The position numbers and the translations under genes are program-made. Shown piece by piece: positions 11,640 to 24,702 of a DNA stretch of 64,000 nt. How positions within the stretch are numbered: the first letter of the stretch is position 1; the number at the start of each line of letters is the position of its first letter. Source of the stretch: Tubiluchus corallicola (taxonomy: Eukaryota; Animalia; Priapulida). The stretch is taken from assembly GCA_030141605.1 (NCBI GenBank), contig JAQGDQ010000328.1, positions 1 to 64,000 of the forward strand, read 5' to 3'. The notes below the pieces were generated by a model. It saw only the letters and a list, made by a program, of their open reading frames with translations, did not search any database and had not been told where the DNA came from.

Positions 11640-12924
11640 ATATGTTTATGTCAATAAAGATATTCAATCAATCAATCATTGAAAGGAAACATACTATTTT
11701 TCCAAAAATGACTTACGTGAAAGAATTATTAGCACACGAACATAATTTCGCGTTCACTCCATTAGTTCTTCGCTGTTAGATGCATTTCGCCATTCACTAG
11801 TTCGACGGGCACTAGCGCGTGCATTGCACAAAAAACAGGGCTGTACCTCTCGGTTCAAATGAGTTAGTTTGTGACGAACTACACACGTTCGGCAGTTCAT
11901 GCGTGAGCACAGCGGTAAATTGGAAATTTGAATTTTTATCTTAAAACTTGTCTAGTTTTGGTACAACACACTGAATATCTTACGGTAGCACCGTACTTCA
12001 ATTTCGCTTTCGCAAACACATGCAATACGCTCGTAGACTATTTTTGCTGTTGAAAATTGTTAGTTTGTGATGTCATCAATAGTCGGGCTCGCCCGCCTTT
12101 AATTAAGTTTTAATATTTTATTTAGCTATCACGAACGCTTTTGCAGCATTAATTGTGGTAAAATGTATACTTTTTTATCGGACTTGAAAATTTGGTAGTA
12201 TCTAAAAGTCATCCGTTGTTCCTATAAGAAGGCAGGCCTACTAGCTGCTGCCACGGTAGGTTACAGAATAGGGCTTTTATCACGTTATTTATTTGGTCCA
12301 ATTCACTTATATCCGTAAACTTGTCAATGTTACTCTACATCGCCCACGAACACCGAGTGCTAAACACCCAAGTGGTTTGAATTTTCAGGTATCTTTCATC
12401 ACACGGCGCGGAAATAATTTTTAACTGACTGAGTCCACCCGCATTGCGAGAGTTATTTTGGATGCTACTTCGGTCAAAATTTAAACTGGAGGCTCCTAAA
12501 ATCTTCATAAAGACATGTCGGATTACATGACGGTAGAATGTTCCAAAAAGTGCTATTTGGACGCCATTTTGGACGCCATGCTGTGGATGATAACCTACAT
12601 TATGGCCAAAAAACGTTCAGGGGGGCTATAGTGATTCTTATGGTATACCACATTTGAATATTCTGTAAATTAGAGTTTTTGTTTGAGTCCGCATGTTTCC
12701 GAACTTGTTTAAAAACTTCGATTTATGCATCATCATCATCAGCAGTGCGTTTATGTAGTGTCCGTGTTTACGTGGAAAGCTTGTTCACGAGTACGACCCG
12801 AGTTAACATTAAGCTAGTTATGATTGTGGTGGTGACGTTGATGATGATGATAACAACGACAACAACAATAACAATAATTGTAATTGTGTTTTCCAATTTA
12901 TCCGTGTTCTTCTGTACTTAATTA

Positions 12925-13140
12925 CGTGTTTTTCTTTTGGGTTTTCTATGCTTAATATTAACGACAGTGTTTTTTCTTTTGAGTTTTCTATGCTTAATAT
13001 TAATGACAGCGTTTTTCTTTTGAGTTTTATATATTTAATATTAACAACAGTATCTTTTCTTTTGAGTTTTGTATGCTTGCTATTAACGGCAGTATCTTTT
13101 CATTCGAGTTTTTTATGCTTAGTATTAAAGAGAGTATTTT
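12925..13140. repeat. Degenerate ~41-bp minisatellite, about 5 copies
   Basis: Unit approximately GTGTTTTTCTTTTGAGTTTTCTATGCTTAATATTAACGACA. Confidence 0.8.
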
Positions 13141-14242
13141 TGTGATTATTCAGGTGCTTAATTGGCAATTGATTTCATCTGCGCTCTATTGGTGATTATC
13201 TTTTGCTTTAGTACCTTTCTAACACTGAATTATTGATTTTATGCTTTGTTATGTGTCCCAAATTTTCCGCTTAATAATTAATTGCGTTATTATTATAAAA
13301 TTGAAAAATAGTTTTGAAATTTTTGTGTGACAGTTCTTTTTTTCTCTTACCAGCGACAGCAACAACTCGCTCCACTCCCATTGGCTTTGAACCAAACACT
13401 TCCAAGTCATTTTCGCCAAACGTTAGCGAAATCGTTTATGAAGCACAAAAGCGTTACTATATTAAAAAAATTCACTCCACTTCGACACGAACCCAGACCT
13501 CCTGCTATCCGATTTCTTCACACCTTTACTATTGGATCTTCTATCAACCATTTCCACACGACTTAGCAGCACTAAGTTTCAAGCATCATAAAAATTCTAT
13601 AGAAAGCTTACAGCACACCGTTTCTCCTGATACACAAATGCCACAGGATGCTATAATGATAGCAGCTATTATTACACAGACGGGAATATGGCGCATACGT
13701 GGCTTAACGAGCCATGGGATTATATTTGCGTAATTATTCAGTCAGACGTTCTATTCCAAAACAACAACCTTTCAAAACAATTTGCCACTTACCGATATTA
13801 AATTTATCGATTTCGATTAAAAAGCGTTTACAATAAGCACCGGATGTATTTCATCCATTCAATACGCCAACATTCACTGCCTTTAAAAACATGAATTTAA
13901 TTTTATTAATTAGAGATAACGAATATGACCCAATAGACTTGCTTAATTAACAGATATTAGTTTAATAATAGATCGGATTAAAAATATGGCGTTGAATATG
14001 ACTTTTTGGGAAATTGAAGACTGTTCTTTGAAGAATTATGATACGTTTGCACGCGGGGAATTGAAAATATCGTAATTGTTAAAAGGCAATTAGCTTAATT
14101 ATCAACATGAAGAAATAACAAAATTAAAATAAGTTTAGCGTTACGGAAAAACCAGTGTCGGTACTAACGTTACAGAAATATATTATACCTGTTGAAGATA
14201 CGGTCAAACAGATAACGGAATCGAGTGCAGTTACAATGAGAA

Positions 14243-14800
<558 letters not shown>

Positions 14801-14808
14801 ATTATTAC

Positions 14809-14842
<34 letters not shown>

Positions 14843-15479
14843 ACTAACCCATAGTGCAAAATGATACCATTAACTCGCATAAAATAATACCATATACTCG
14901 TGTACGGTAATTGGTTGCTAAGAAAATAGTTTCAAATAAAACGAAAATTACGCTTGCTCACTGCAAATAAAATATTGCAAAATTAGAACAAAACTTCAGA
15001 CGTACAAACAGACTGACTTTTCGGGAATCAGATTTTATTACATAATATCAGAAATAAATAATATTTCGTGAACAAACTGTGCTGTAAGCGGAATGTATAT
15101 AACGAAAGTGTCTGCATAATCACCATAACAAATCATTAATAATTTTTCATTACATCATAACATTAATGACGTCATAAATCATTACATCATAACATTAATG
15201 ACATCATAAATCACAATAATGATTTACACGTCATCAACTCAGTCTATCTTTGTTCATTAACAAAAGGCAGCAGAATAAATGCTAGAATAAGTATAGAAGC
15301 TGTAACCAATTTTACAATCTTACAGTGCAGTGATGAAAGTTACACCAAGTTTTAGTGAATGGGTAACATTCTTGGGTGTTTTTAGTGAATGAGTAAATCC
15401 AGTGGGTAACATTGACATTGGCAAAAACTTCGTGTGGCAGTTGTGTTACCTCAACGATATTTTATATTATAGTAACAAG

Positions 15480-15856
15480 CAGGACCAGATTACATTACGC
15501 CGGGTTACGACCTTTTGGGGGCACTAGGCTAATGAAATTATGGGGTCCCCTTTAGATGGAGCCAATCTGTAATCGCCTGCCCCGTCTTAAATATTTTTTT
15601 ACTCGTGATATAATTTTGGGACATTTACATACCTTGACGTAAATTTATTGCATTTTTTAAATAATCTAGAATATCTATATTTTGCCTGTCAATAAAACTA
15701 TTGATGTTGAAACAGTAAAGTTGAAATTTTATTTTAGGTTAAATTATGCTCATTTTTCAAAAAAAATATATCTGAAAATGTTTAGACAGGGTCCCTCAAG
15801 CTTGAGGGGGACCCCTAAGTTACAGCCTATAACAGCCCTAAGAAAACCCAGTCCTG
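15480..15856 (+). mobile_element. hAT-like MITE (family with 50768-51160)
   Basis: Imperfect TIR CAGGAC...GTCCTG; internal similarity to 50768-51160; no clear TSD. Confidence 0.6.
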
Positions 15857-16074
15857 GCTTAAACGCAACAAAGATCACACCATCGAACACAATGCTTCGA
15901 AACGAATACTTTCAGTCACAGTGAATTACTGACTGGAAAGACTTTTTCATATCAAAAATTATTTTTTTAATTATTTATATGTTGTCTTAATTTCAAAGAT
16001 TAATATCAATGACGTCATTAAGAATACGAACGTGCCAGTTTTTTTAATAACGCGGAACACATCCGGGCCACAAT

Positions 16075-16420
16075 TGTTGAATTTCAGAACAGATATTAAA
16101 AAGTCGAAACACAACCGCGAGTTGAACCAGGAATCTCTCGCTCACAAGACAAAAACCGTCAAAAAATCTAAACTTGTAAGCTCGACCACCCTGGCTAAAA
16201 TTCAGGCTACGCAACGACTAGTGAATTTTCAAACCAAATTTACTAGAAAAACGAAAATGTGAAAAAAGTGGGACATCACTTGGATTCGAACCCGGCACAT
16301 CTACCTTACGAGTTAGCTGTCACAACGTTTATCTGCTGAGGATCCCAGGTTCAAATATAGGTTGTGTCCCGACTTTTTCATATTTCCTGTTTTTCGAGGA
16401 AGTTTGGTTATAAAATCCAA
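16075..16420. mobile_element. Cluster of three tRNA-derived SINE-like head fragments, two on minus and one on plus
   Basis: B-box-like GGTTCAAC / GGTTCGAATCC / GGTTCAAAT, each followed by a shared ...GTGT(C/T)(C/T)C(G/A)ACTTTTT-type sequence; 16225-16296 and 16345-16415 form an inverted pair. Confidence 0.6.
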
Positions 16421-16629
16421 CAAATGTGGCTTGTTTCAATCCATCATATTACATTCTTATTCTTACATTCTCTACGTACAATTACCATTAGCACATCTAA
16501 AATAGGAACTAAAATAGTAAAGTAACAATTAAAAAGTTCTTGTGCGAATAAATCTCTACTCTAGATAAAACTCTGCAAATAAAGTATAATCCAAATACAT
16601 AAAATCATTAGTATTCGAAAAACAAGCTA

Positions 16630-17467
16630 CAGTAAACTCCACATAACTCAAATTGTCGACTAACTCAATTAATTTCAACTGAACGGATGAAAACCTTCGT
16701 TTTTCCCACTTAACTCAAAATATATAACTCAAAATTTCGCCTAACTCAAATAAAAAGATTATGGCCTATTTAACCAAAATACATGTAATTTACTTCGATT
16801 AACTCAAAGATGCAATTTAAACTCTAGATAACTAAAAAAGTTTTGAACATTTCAAAAACAGTATAATCTCCCGGGATACAGGGTGGTGTACGTGTCCTTT
16901 TGTAACACAGTGTTATGTACGTGTCCTTTTGTAACACAGTGTGATGTACGTGTTCTTTTGTAACAGTGATATGTACGTGTCCTTTTGTAACAGTGTTATG
17001 TGAGTGTCCTTTTGTAACACAGTGTTGTGTACGTGTCCTTTTGCAACACAGTGTTATGTACGTGTCCTCTTGTAACACAGTGTTATGTGCGTGCCCCTTT
17101 GTAACACAGTGTTATGTGCGTGTCCTTTTGTAACACAGTGTTGTGTATGTGTCCTTTTGCAACACAGTGTTATGTACGTGTTTTCTTGTAACACAGTGTT
17201 ATGTACGTGTCCTCTTGTAACACAGTGTTATGTACGTGTCCTTTTGTAACATAGAAAATCGCATATCAAAACGTAATTTGTTACTCTTTATGTAATTGTC
17301 ATCAAATCTCGACGTTTATGTACAGAAGGGTTGACTTTCTGCCTTTCATATTAATCTCACCGTCTGGAGGAAGGTGTTTAGAGTTTCAATGATAAAAAAA
17401 GGTCAACATCGCCTAATTCAAAGCTTTTGTTCGATCCGGTTGGACTCGAGTTATGCAAAGTTTACTG
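16630..17467. mobile_element. Tc1/mariner (pogo/Tigger-like) non-autonomous element with TA TSD
   Basis: TA|CAGTAAACTCCACATAACTC ... GAGTTATGCAAAGTTTACTG|TA; subterminal TAACTCAA repeats. Confidence 0.8.
16887..17251. repeat. 29-bp minisatellite, about 12 copies
   Basis: Unit TGTACGTGTCCTTTTGTAACACAGTGTTA. Confidence 0.95.
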
Positions 17468-18689
17468 TATTAATAAAAAGTACAACAGATATTACATAAG
17501 AAAATAGCAAAAATAAACTGCCACATAGAAAAAAGGATCACATTATTAGGAACTTTGTGCATAAACATCGGGTAAAATAATAGATCAGATCATTACGTAA
17601 CTTTGTGATAATAAACCATTATAATAAACAAACAATATTACAGCTTTGCAAGGTATAAAAGTCAGCAAAAATATACAAAATAATTAAAAAATAAAAACAA
17701 TATTGCGCGTAAAAAAATTTAGCTCTTCCTAATCAACTTGCATTGGGAATCGAATGCTAAAACTCTTATAATCGCTGTACTGTATGTACATAACAATGTT
17801 GTTTAACACAGACTATTGGAAGCAATGCTATGAAACCAAAGTGTGAATTTAATAAGTTCAGAAGATCACATAAACACGTCATAAGTTTTTCCACCTGTAA
17901 TTAAGTCTTCAGTAATTAAGTAAAAAAGTAATGAGTTCTCAGTTCTGTTCTTGAGTCAAACATCACAAAATGGTACTTTCATCTATTGAAGGATGGCTCC
18001 ATTCGATGATCATTACGGCCTTTCGACATCCTATTTCCATTATGATATTCAAATACATTTCTCTGTTTCACCACGTATACGGAAATAAACGTACGTTTGA
18101 ATTGAACTGAATTCATTTCAGTACTCGTTTTTCTCATTATCCAATATTTGCATTCTAAAAATTAGAGAATCAATAACAATTTAAATACGTCAATATCATT
18201 TAAAATACCGCGTCTGCTTTGCGTGAGAATTTTTCAATTGCAAACTTCTTACGACACGCTAACAATGCTAGGGAGTAAAATACTAGCAGTCCATAAATTA
18301 ATATTATACACGAGATAAGTTACCAATTAAATAATAATAGTAATATATCGTAAACCCACAATTATTAGCACAAAATATCAACATATCGACACGTTTACCT
18401 GCAAAATATTTACACAAACATTGTAGACAAAGAAAACTGTTAAAATACTTGAACCGGTAACAGTCAGCAAAACAGCTTTTCTTAGACTGAGATTTGCAAA
18501 AGTGAGAATGAAAATGTAAATTTTAATCATAATCAAACTAAGCGTTGTTCATCTAACCGTTTTAATTATCTTAATTAACAATTGGAATAGTTATGTATAT
18601 TTTGTGACAGAAATGTTTTCCTGTTAAACTGTTCTCCTGTAAATCTTGCAGCCTGAGGCAACTCGATCAGCATTTATTTGTGTGCCCAT

Positions 18690-19427
18690 TCAGCAAAATC
18701 GTCCATAAGTCGGCAATTAACGTTTTCTAGTTATTCACATTTTCTGCCTCGCCATTTCATGAGGATGATTTAGATACCAAGTTCATCGCTCTATGTTATT
18801 TCTAAGCAGAGATAATCCACGTTGAAGTTGAGGTGCAGGCTACACACTGAAAAACTTAATCTTGAGAAAATCCCTGTTAAAGTCAGCCATTGTTTTTTGT
18901 CGCGCTTCTACAAAACACTTAGCAACTGCACAAATGTTGGTTGCTATGGAATACAGTAGATGGCTCTTCCCGACGTAGGTCTGAGCTTGGCAACAGAAAA
19001 AAACAGAAGCAAAATAATGGCTTCCACAAGCTACGATCGGAGTTTGGAAATACAAGTTTTTTACAATTGCAGTACTAGTGTCTAGGCATAAAAATATGCA
19101 CTGGATTATAAAATTAAATTTTTAGTATTTTTTGGACATTTTCTTGATAATCTGATGCTAGAATAGAGAAGTCCAATATATTTAGTGTGCGTTTTTATAA
19201 AAAAATTAACATTAGACCAAAATTTTGGGTCACTCTACTTTGAAGCATCATAATGTAGTTTTAACTATGCAGACTTATATACAATTTTAGTTTGCAAGCA
19301 CACATTGGCTGTTTGCTAAAAGCAATTATTTCAAATATGTATTTATGAAAAAACTAAGCGAGGAATTCAGTTAGTAGCACATTTGGAGCTTTTAGATACG
19401 GTCGGTAGGGTACTGTTAGGCACTCCT
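18690..19427 (+). mobile_element. Dispersed repeat family B (probable non-autonomous DNA transposon)
   Basis: Inverted homologue at 26190-26815; right end ...GGCACTCCT|TTAA; left end not resolved. Confidence 0.65.
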
Positions 19428-19569
19428 TTAATCTTACTTTGTTTTTGTGTAGTTCCATCAATATGCTACTGGCTGTTGTATATTAAGTGCATATAAAATA
19501 CAGGAATATAAACCAAGTAACTGAGGGAATGAAAGACATATTATGTGAATAAGTCTTTTCGCAGTTTCG

Positions 19570-19680
19570 TGTGGGTAAAGCAAAGCTATATGTCATATCA
19601 GTTCGGTAATTTCAGTTGTTTCACGTGGCCTTTACTTAATTATGTATCAGTCTGTGTGTAGAGTGATTTACTAGCAGGAT
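19570..19680 (+). repeat. Dispersed repeat, inverted homologue at 61911-62026
   Basis: TAGAGTGATTTACTAGCAGGAT here versus ATCCTGCTAGTAAATCACTCTA, with similarity extending over ~110 bp. Confidence 0.75.
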
Positions 19681-19904
19681 CTTGTTTTACATGTTTACTC
19701 ATGTTTACAAGAAGAGATTTTTGTTTGCCAGATCGTAAAGAACTCGTTGTCCCAAAAGTAAGACATAAACTAAATGTTTACGGGCAGTGCACTATGCCGT
19801 GATTAACAGCGACGACAATAACGACTAGTTCATGGAATTATTACAAATATACAGTAGACGTTACGCTAGAATGTGTACATGAGAGTCGAATGCATGTATG
19901 TGCA

Positions 19905-20124
19905 TCACGTTGAAGGTGGCGGACTATGCGACTCTTCTATTCTTTGTAATTTCACGCTAGATGACTTGACGGGAGTAGCAATGCTCGAGTCGATCAGTGA
20001 GTCCTCAGAAGAAGGGTAAATAATTCGATCGCCGAGCAGTTCCTCGGGAAGCGCGAATTTGGCGCCCAGTTCTAAATGGTGAATCAACTGCGAGATCCAA
20101 AATTCTATTTTCTCAAAAGGAGGC
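19905..20124 (-). CDS. LIMK1: LIM kinase exon 15 (last coding exon, TGA stop)
   Basis: TTTAG acceptor, phase 2; (R)PPFEKIEFWISQLIHHLELG...PPPST*. Confidence 0.9.
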
Positions 20125-20164
20125 CTAAATGAAAAAGAAACAGTTAATACGTTTATTGACGAAC

Positions 20165-20680
20165 TGAATACAACGCAATACAATGCAATGCAATGCATAT
20201 AATAAATACAACACAATACAATACACACAGTAAATATAAAACAATACAACATAACACAATACGATACAATGCATATAATAAATACAACACAACACAATAC
20301 AATACAACACGATACGACACGGCACAACACAATACAATACAATGCACACAGTAAATATAAAACAATACAACACAACACAATACAATGCATATAATAAATA
20401 CAATACAACACAACACAACACAATACAATACAACACGACACAACGCAATACAATACAATGCACACAGTAAATATAATACAACACAACACAATACAATACA
20501 ATACAATACACACAGTAAATACAATACAATACAATACAACACAACACAACGCAACGCAACGCAACGCAACGCAACGCAACGCAACGCAACGCAACGCAAC
20601 GCAACACAATACAATACAATACAATACAATACAATACAATACAATACAATACAATGCAATACAATATAATATAATACAAT
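20165..20680. repeat. Compound pentanucleotide repeat (CAATA)n/(CAACA)n/(CAACG)n filling the last LIMK intron
   Basis: Seen directly. Confidence 0.95.
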
Positions 20681-20858
20681 AGTTAATTAGTTTTTCCAGA
20701 TTTATCAAGATGAATGCTTTTCTGTGAAAATTTGTTAAGACCAGCTGGCAAATATACAATCTTTCTTCTTCACAGAAAGGTACAAAAGTTCGGTCAATGT
20801 TGCAAACTAAAGGCGCGCATCCAACACTATGCTTATGCTAAACAATTTCGTTGTTTCA

Positions 20859-21047
<189 letters not shown>

Positions 21048-21055
21048 TTATTTAA

Positions 21056-21661
21056 AAGAAGACAGGATGATTTTTCATATGCTATCCATTGTCAAGCATC
21101 GTAAAAAGTATACATTTTAACACAATTAATAAAAAAGCTTTTCTGATTGTTAAATAATCCTAATTAATGACCGGCAAGCCCAACTATTGATGACATCACA
21201 AACTAACATTATAATTTTCAATAGCAAAAACATTCGTCGAGCGTGTTGCACGTGTTTGCAAAACCGCAAATCAGTACAGTGCTACTGTATGATATTCAGT
21301 GTGTTGTAAAAAAACTAGGCAAGTTTTAAGATAAAAGCTCAAATTTCGAATTTACCGCTGTGCTCACGCATAAGCTGTCGAATGTGTGTGGTTCATCACA
21401 AACTAACACATCTGAACTGAGAGGTACAGCAACTGTTTTTTGTGCAATGCAATTCCAAAACACAGGCACTAGTCCCCATCTAGCTAGTGAATGACAAAAT
21501 GAATTTAACAGCGAAAAACTAGTGGTGCGAACGTGAAATAGTGTTTGTGTGATATAATTCTTTCACGTAAATCATTTTTGAAAAGATAGTATGTTTCCTT
21601 TCAATACTTTAAAAACGTCGACTGTTTTGACCTACAGTTTAAGATTGGGTCTGGTTTTGCT
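21056..21661 (-). mobile_element. MITE family A, TTAA-flanked (Kolobok-like)
   Basis: TTAA at 21052-21055 and 21662-21665; purine-pair start and pyrimidine-pair end; homologous to the other three copies. Confidence 0.75.
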
Positions 21662-22039
21662 TTAAATAAATTCGAGTACAGTAGCTGCGTATACATGAAG
21701 TTTTAAATTACCACATTAACTGACAGCTACAAAACCGTGTAGCAACTGCTGCTTTCTCATCGACAGTAAACTATGCTGATGTCAGTCATATGACAAACAC
21801 AAATTTTTCAGCTATCAGCACTGCAGTTTTTAAATAAGCACCTGTTCTCAACTACGGTATTTGAACCTTCAATACATTCACACCGCGATTTGCAAGAAGT
21901 CATAAGTCATTTATTTCACATTTACACATTTACAATAGTTTCATGTACAATATATAGTGAAAGGGCCTACAATGAACGTGATACAAATAAGTTTTTATTG
22001 TTTCTGCACAAGAAAAGCCTCACACACTGTTCACCTATA

Positions 22040-22990
22040 TAGAAATGTAAATGTGTTGCAGGCAATCAAAAAGCAGGGCTTGTTAGATTGTGTTCCACAC
22101 AGTGAAAGAAAAAAAGTAATGGAAATAATCTGAAAATTTAAAGTGAATCATATGATAAAAAAACATTAGTGCTTAAAATGGAATGATGTAATGAATGAAG
22201 CTCATAATATGAGATGATAGAAAAGATAGAAAGACTATTATTTGTTAATAGTATGTAAAATTAAGATAACTAGATTAAAATAACTGATTAAGTGCATGTT
22301 AGAAAGGAAATTGTATTTAAACGATTTGTCAATGTCTTATCTGAACTTCTGATAATAGGTCTTCATATTATTCGTCGTGACGACAATGATTGCTTGTTTA
22401 TTTATTTCACATCAACACAAATACACAATTAATACATTAAAAGAAATAAAAAGTTTTCAATACTTCGATGAATAACAAACAGTGAGATACATAATAGGAA
22501 GCAAATTTTGGAAAAAATGATTTAAACTGTCTTTAGACGTAGGTGAACCTATGGTAAGCAAAGATAGTGATATCGCTACTTCCTTTAATACTGGTGTCTA
22601 AACAACGTTATGTACAGCGTCATTACAAATATACTAACTTGACTCTCAAAACACTGTGGGGTTGAAAGATAAACAAGAGAATTATCGCTGTTGTATGTTG
22701 CTTAGTAAATTTGAGTTTACATTGAAGAACATGAAGTTTACATTGAGCACATAACTAATTTAGATATACCATAGTTTAGTTTTGCTATATAAACAAATGT
22801 AAATGTGTTGCAGGCAATCAAAAAGCAGGGCTGGTCAGATTGTCCCACACTGTGAAAGAAAAAAGAGTAATGAAAATAATCTGAAAATTTGAAGCGAATC
22901 GTATGATAAAGAAAACATTTACGTAGTGCTTTAGAATAAAATGGTGTAATGAATGAAGCTCATATATGAGATGATATAAAAGATAAATAG
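22040..22990. repeat. ~200-bp direct duplication (22040-22230 and 22795-22990)
   Basis: Both copies start AAATGTAAATGTGTTGCAGGCAATCAAAAAGCAGGGCT. Confidence 0.85.
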
Positions 22991-23038
22991 ATAGTTAAGA
23001 TAAAATAATAGACAAAGATAGAGAAATTGAGAAGAGAA

Positions 23039-24275
23039 ATGAAATAGAAAGGAGTTCATGAAATAGAAAGGAGTTCGTGAAATAGAAAGGAGTTCGTGAA
23101 ATAGAAAGGAGTTCGTGAAATAGAAAGGAGTTCGTGAAATAGAAAGGAGTTCGTGAAATAGAAAGGAGTTCGTGAAATAGAAAGGAGTTCGTGAAATAGA
23201 AAGGAGTTCGTGAAATAGAAAGGAGTTCGTGAAATAGAAAGGAGTTCATGAAATAGAAAGGAGTTCGTGAAATAGAAAGGAGTTCGTGAAATAGAAAGGA
23301 GTTCGTGAAATAGAAAGGAGTTCGTGAAATAGAAAGGCGTTCATGAAATAGAAAGGAGTTCGTGAAATAGAAAGGAGTTCATGAAAGAGAAAGGAGTTCG
23401 TTAAATAGAAAGGAGTTCGTGAAATAGAAAGGAGTTCATGAAATAGAAAGGAGTTCATGAAATAGAAAGGAGTTCAATGAAATGGAAAGGAGTTCATGAA
23501 ATAGAAAAGAGTTCACGAAATAGAAAGGAGTTCATGAAATAGAAAAGAGTTCACGAAATAGAAAGGAGTTCATGAAATAGAAAGGAGTTCACGAAATAGA
23601 AGGGAGTTCGTGAAATAGAAAGGAGTTCGTGAAATAGAAAGGAGTTCGTGAAATAGAAAGGAGTTCGTGAAATAGAAAGGAGTTCGTGAAATAGAAAGGA
23701 GTTCGTGAAATAGAAAGGAGTTCGTGAAATAGAAAGGAGTTCATGAAATAGAAAGGAGTTCAATGAAATGGAAAGGAGTTCATGAAATAGAAAAGAGTTC
23801 ACGAAATAGAAAGGAGTTCATGAAATAGAAAAGAGTTCACGAAATAGAAAGGAGTTCATGAAATAGAAAGGAGTTCACGAAATAGAAGGGAGTTCAAGAA
23901 ATAGAAAGGAGTTTATGAAATAGAAAAGAGTTCATGAAATAGAAAGGAGTTTATGAAATAGAAAGGAGTTTATGAAATAGAAAGGAGTTCATGAAATAGA
24001 AAGGAGTTCATGAAATAGAAAGGAGTTCATGAAATAGAAAGGAGTTTATGAAATAGAAAAGAATTCATGAAATAGAAAGGAGTTCACAAAATAGAAAAGA
24101 GTTCATGAAATAGAAAGGAGTTCATGAAATAGAAGAGTTCATGAAATAGAAAGGAGTTCACGAAATAGAAAGGAGTTCACGAAATAGAAAAGAGTTCATG
24201 AAATAGAAAGGAGTTCACGAAATAGAAAAGAGTTCATGAAATAGAAAGGAGTTCATGAAATAGAAAGGAGTTCAT
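23039..24275. repeat. 19-bp minisatellite, about 65 copies
   Basis: Unit TGAAATAGAAAGGAGTTC(G/A). Confidence 0.97.
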
Positions 24276-24341
24276 GTGGGGTTTTGGGTTTGGGGTTGTG
24301 GGGTTGTGGGTTGTGGGTTGTGGGTTGTGGGGTGTGGGGTT
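24276..24341 (+). repeat. G-rich (GGGTTGT)n-like tract, potential G-quadruplex
   Basis: Nine runs of GGG/GGGG separated by short T/G loops. Confidence 0.8.
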
Positions 24342-24702
24342 AATGATAAAAGCAAATTACTTTTGCTACAACAACACATTTTTGAATAGACCAGAGCAGA
24401 TATTGAAGCCAGTGGTCACTTACTAACCAGGTTTAGTGTTGTCTAACTTTACACCCTTCACCACCTGGGTATTCACCCTGTCCTCACAAAAAACTAACCA
24501 ATAACTAAATTAATCAATTTAAAAACAACTGACACAAACACACATTTATTTAATGGAGATATTCAATGCAGCATCTATCCTTCTTAAGAATGACTGGTGA
24601 CCATCTAGGCTCAATACTGGTTAAGGGAACTTTCACTCACTGAACTGATTCTAGTTGTTTACTTGTAGATAAAGGATGCATACACGTCTAATCATGACAA
24701 AT

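Larger units (their letters stand above)
8139..11677 (+). mobile_element. 5'-truncated non-LTR retrotransposon (RTE-X-like LINE) with 7-bp TSD
   Basis: TSD ATTGAAA at 8132-8138 and 11678-11684. AATAAA followed by a (TCAA)n tail at 11653-11677. ORF2 is intact. Confidence 0.9.
8077..12223 (+). mobile_element. ~600-bp MITE (family A) split into 8077-8138 and 11685-12223 by the LINE insertion
   Basis: Joined halves are colinear with uninterrupted copies at 31292-31930 (+), 21056-21661 (-) and 41068-41640 (-). Confidence 0.85.

Noticed and set aside
20125-20759. Cys-rich N-terminal extension of the 284-aa ORF and overlapping Cys/Tyr-rich ORFs (also 39641-39993)
   Set aside because: Pentanucleotide repeats inside introns; only 19905-20124 is coding.
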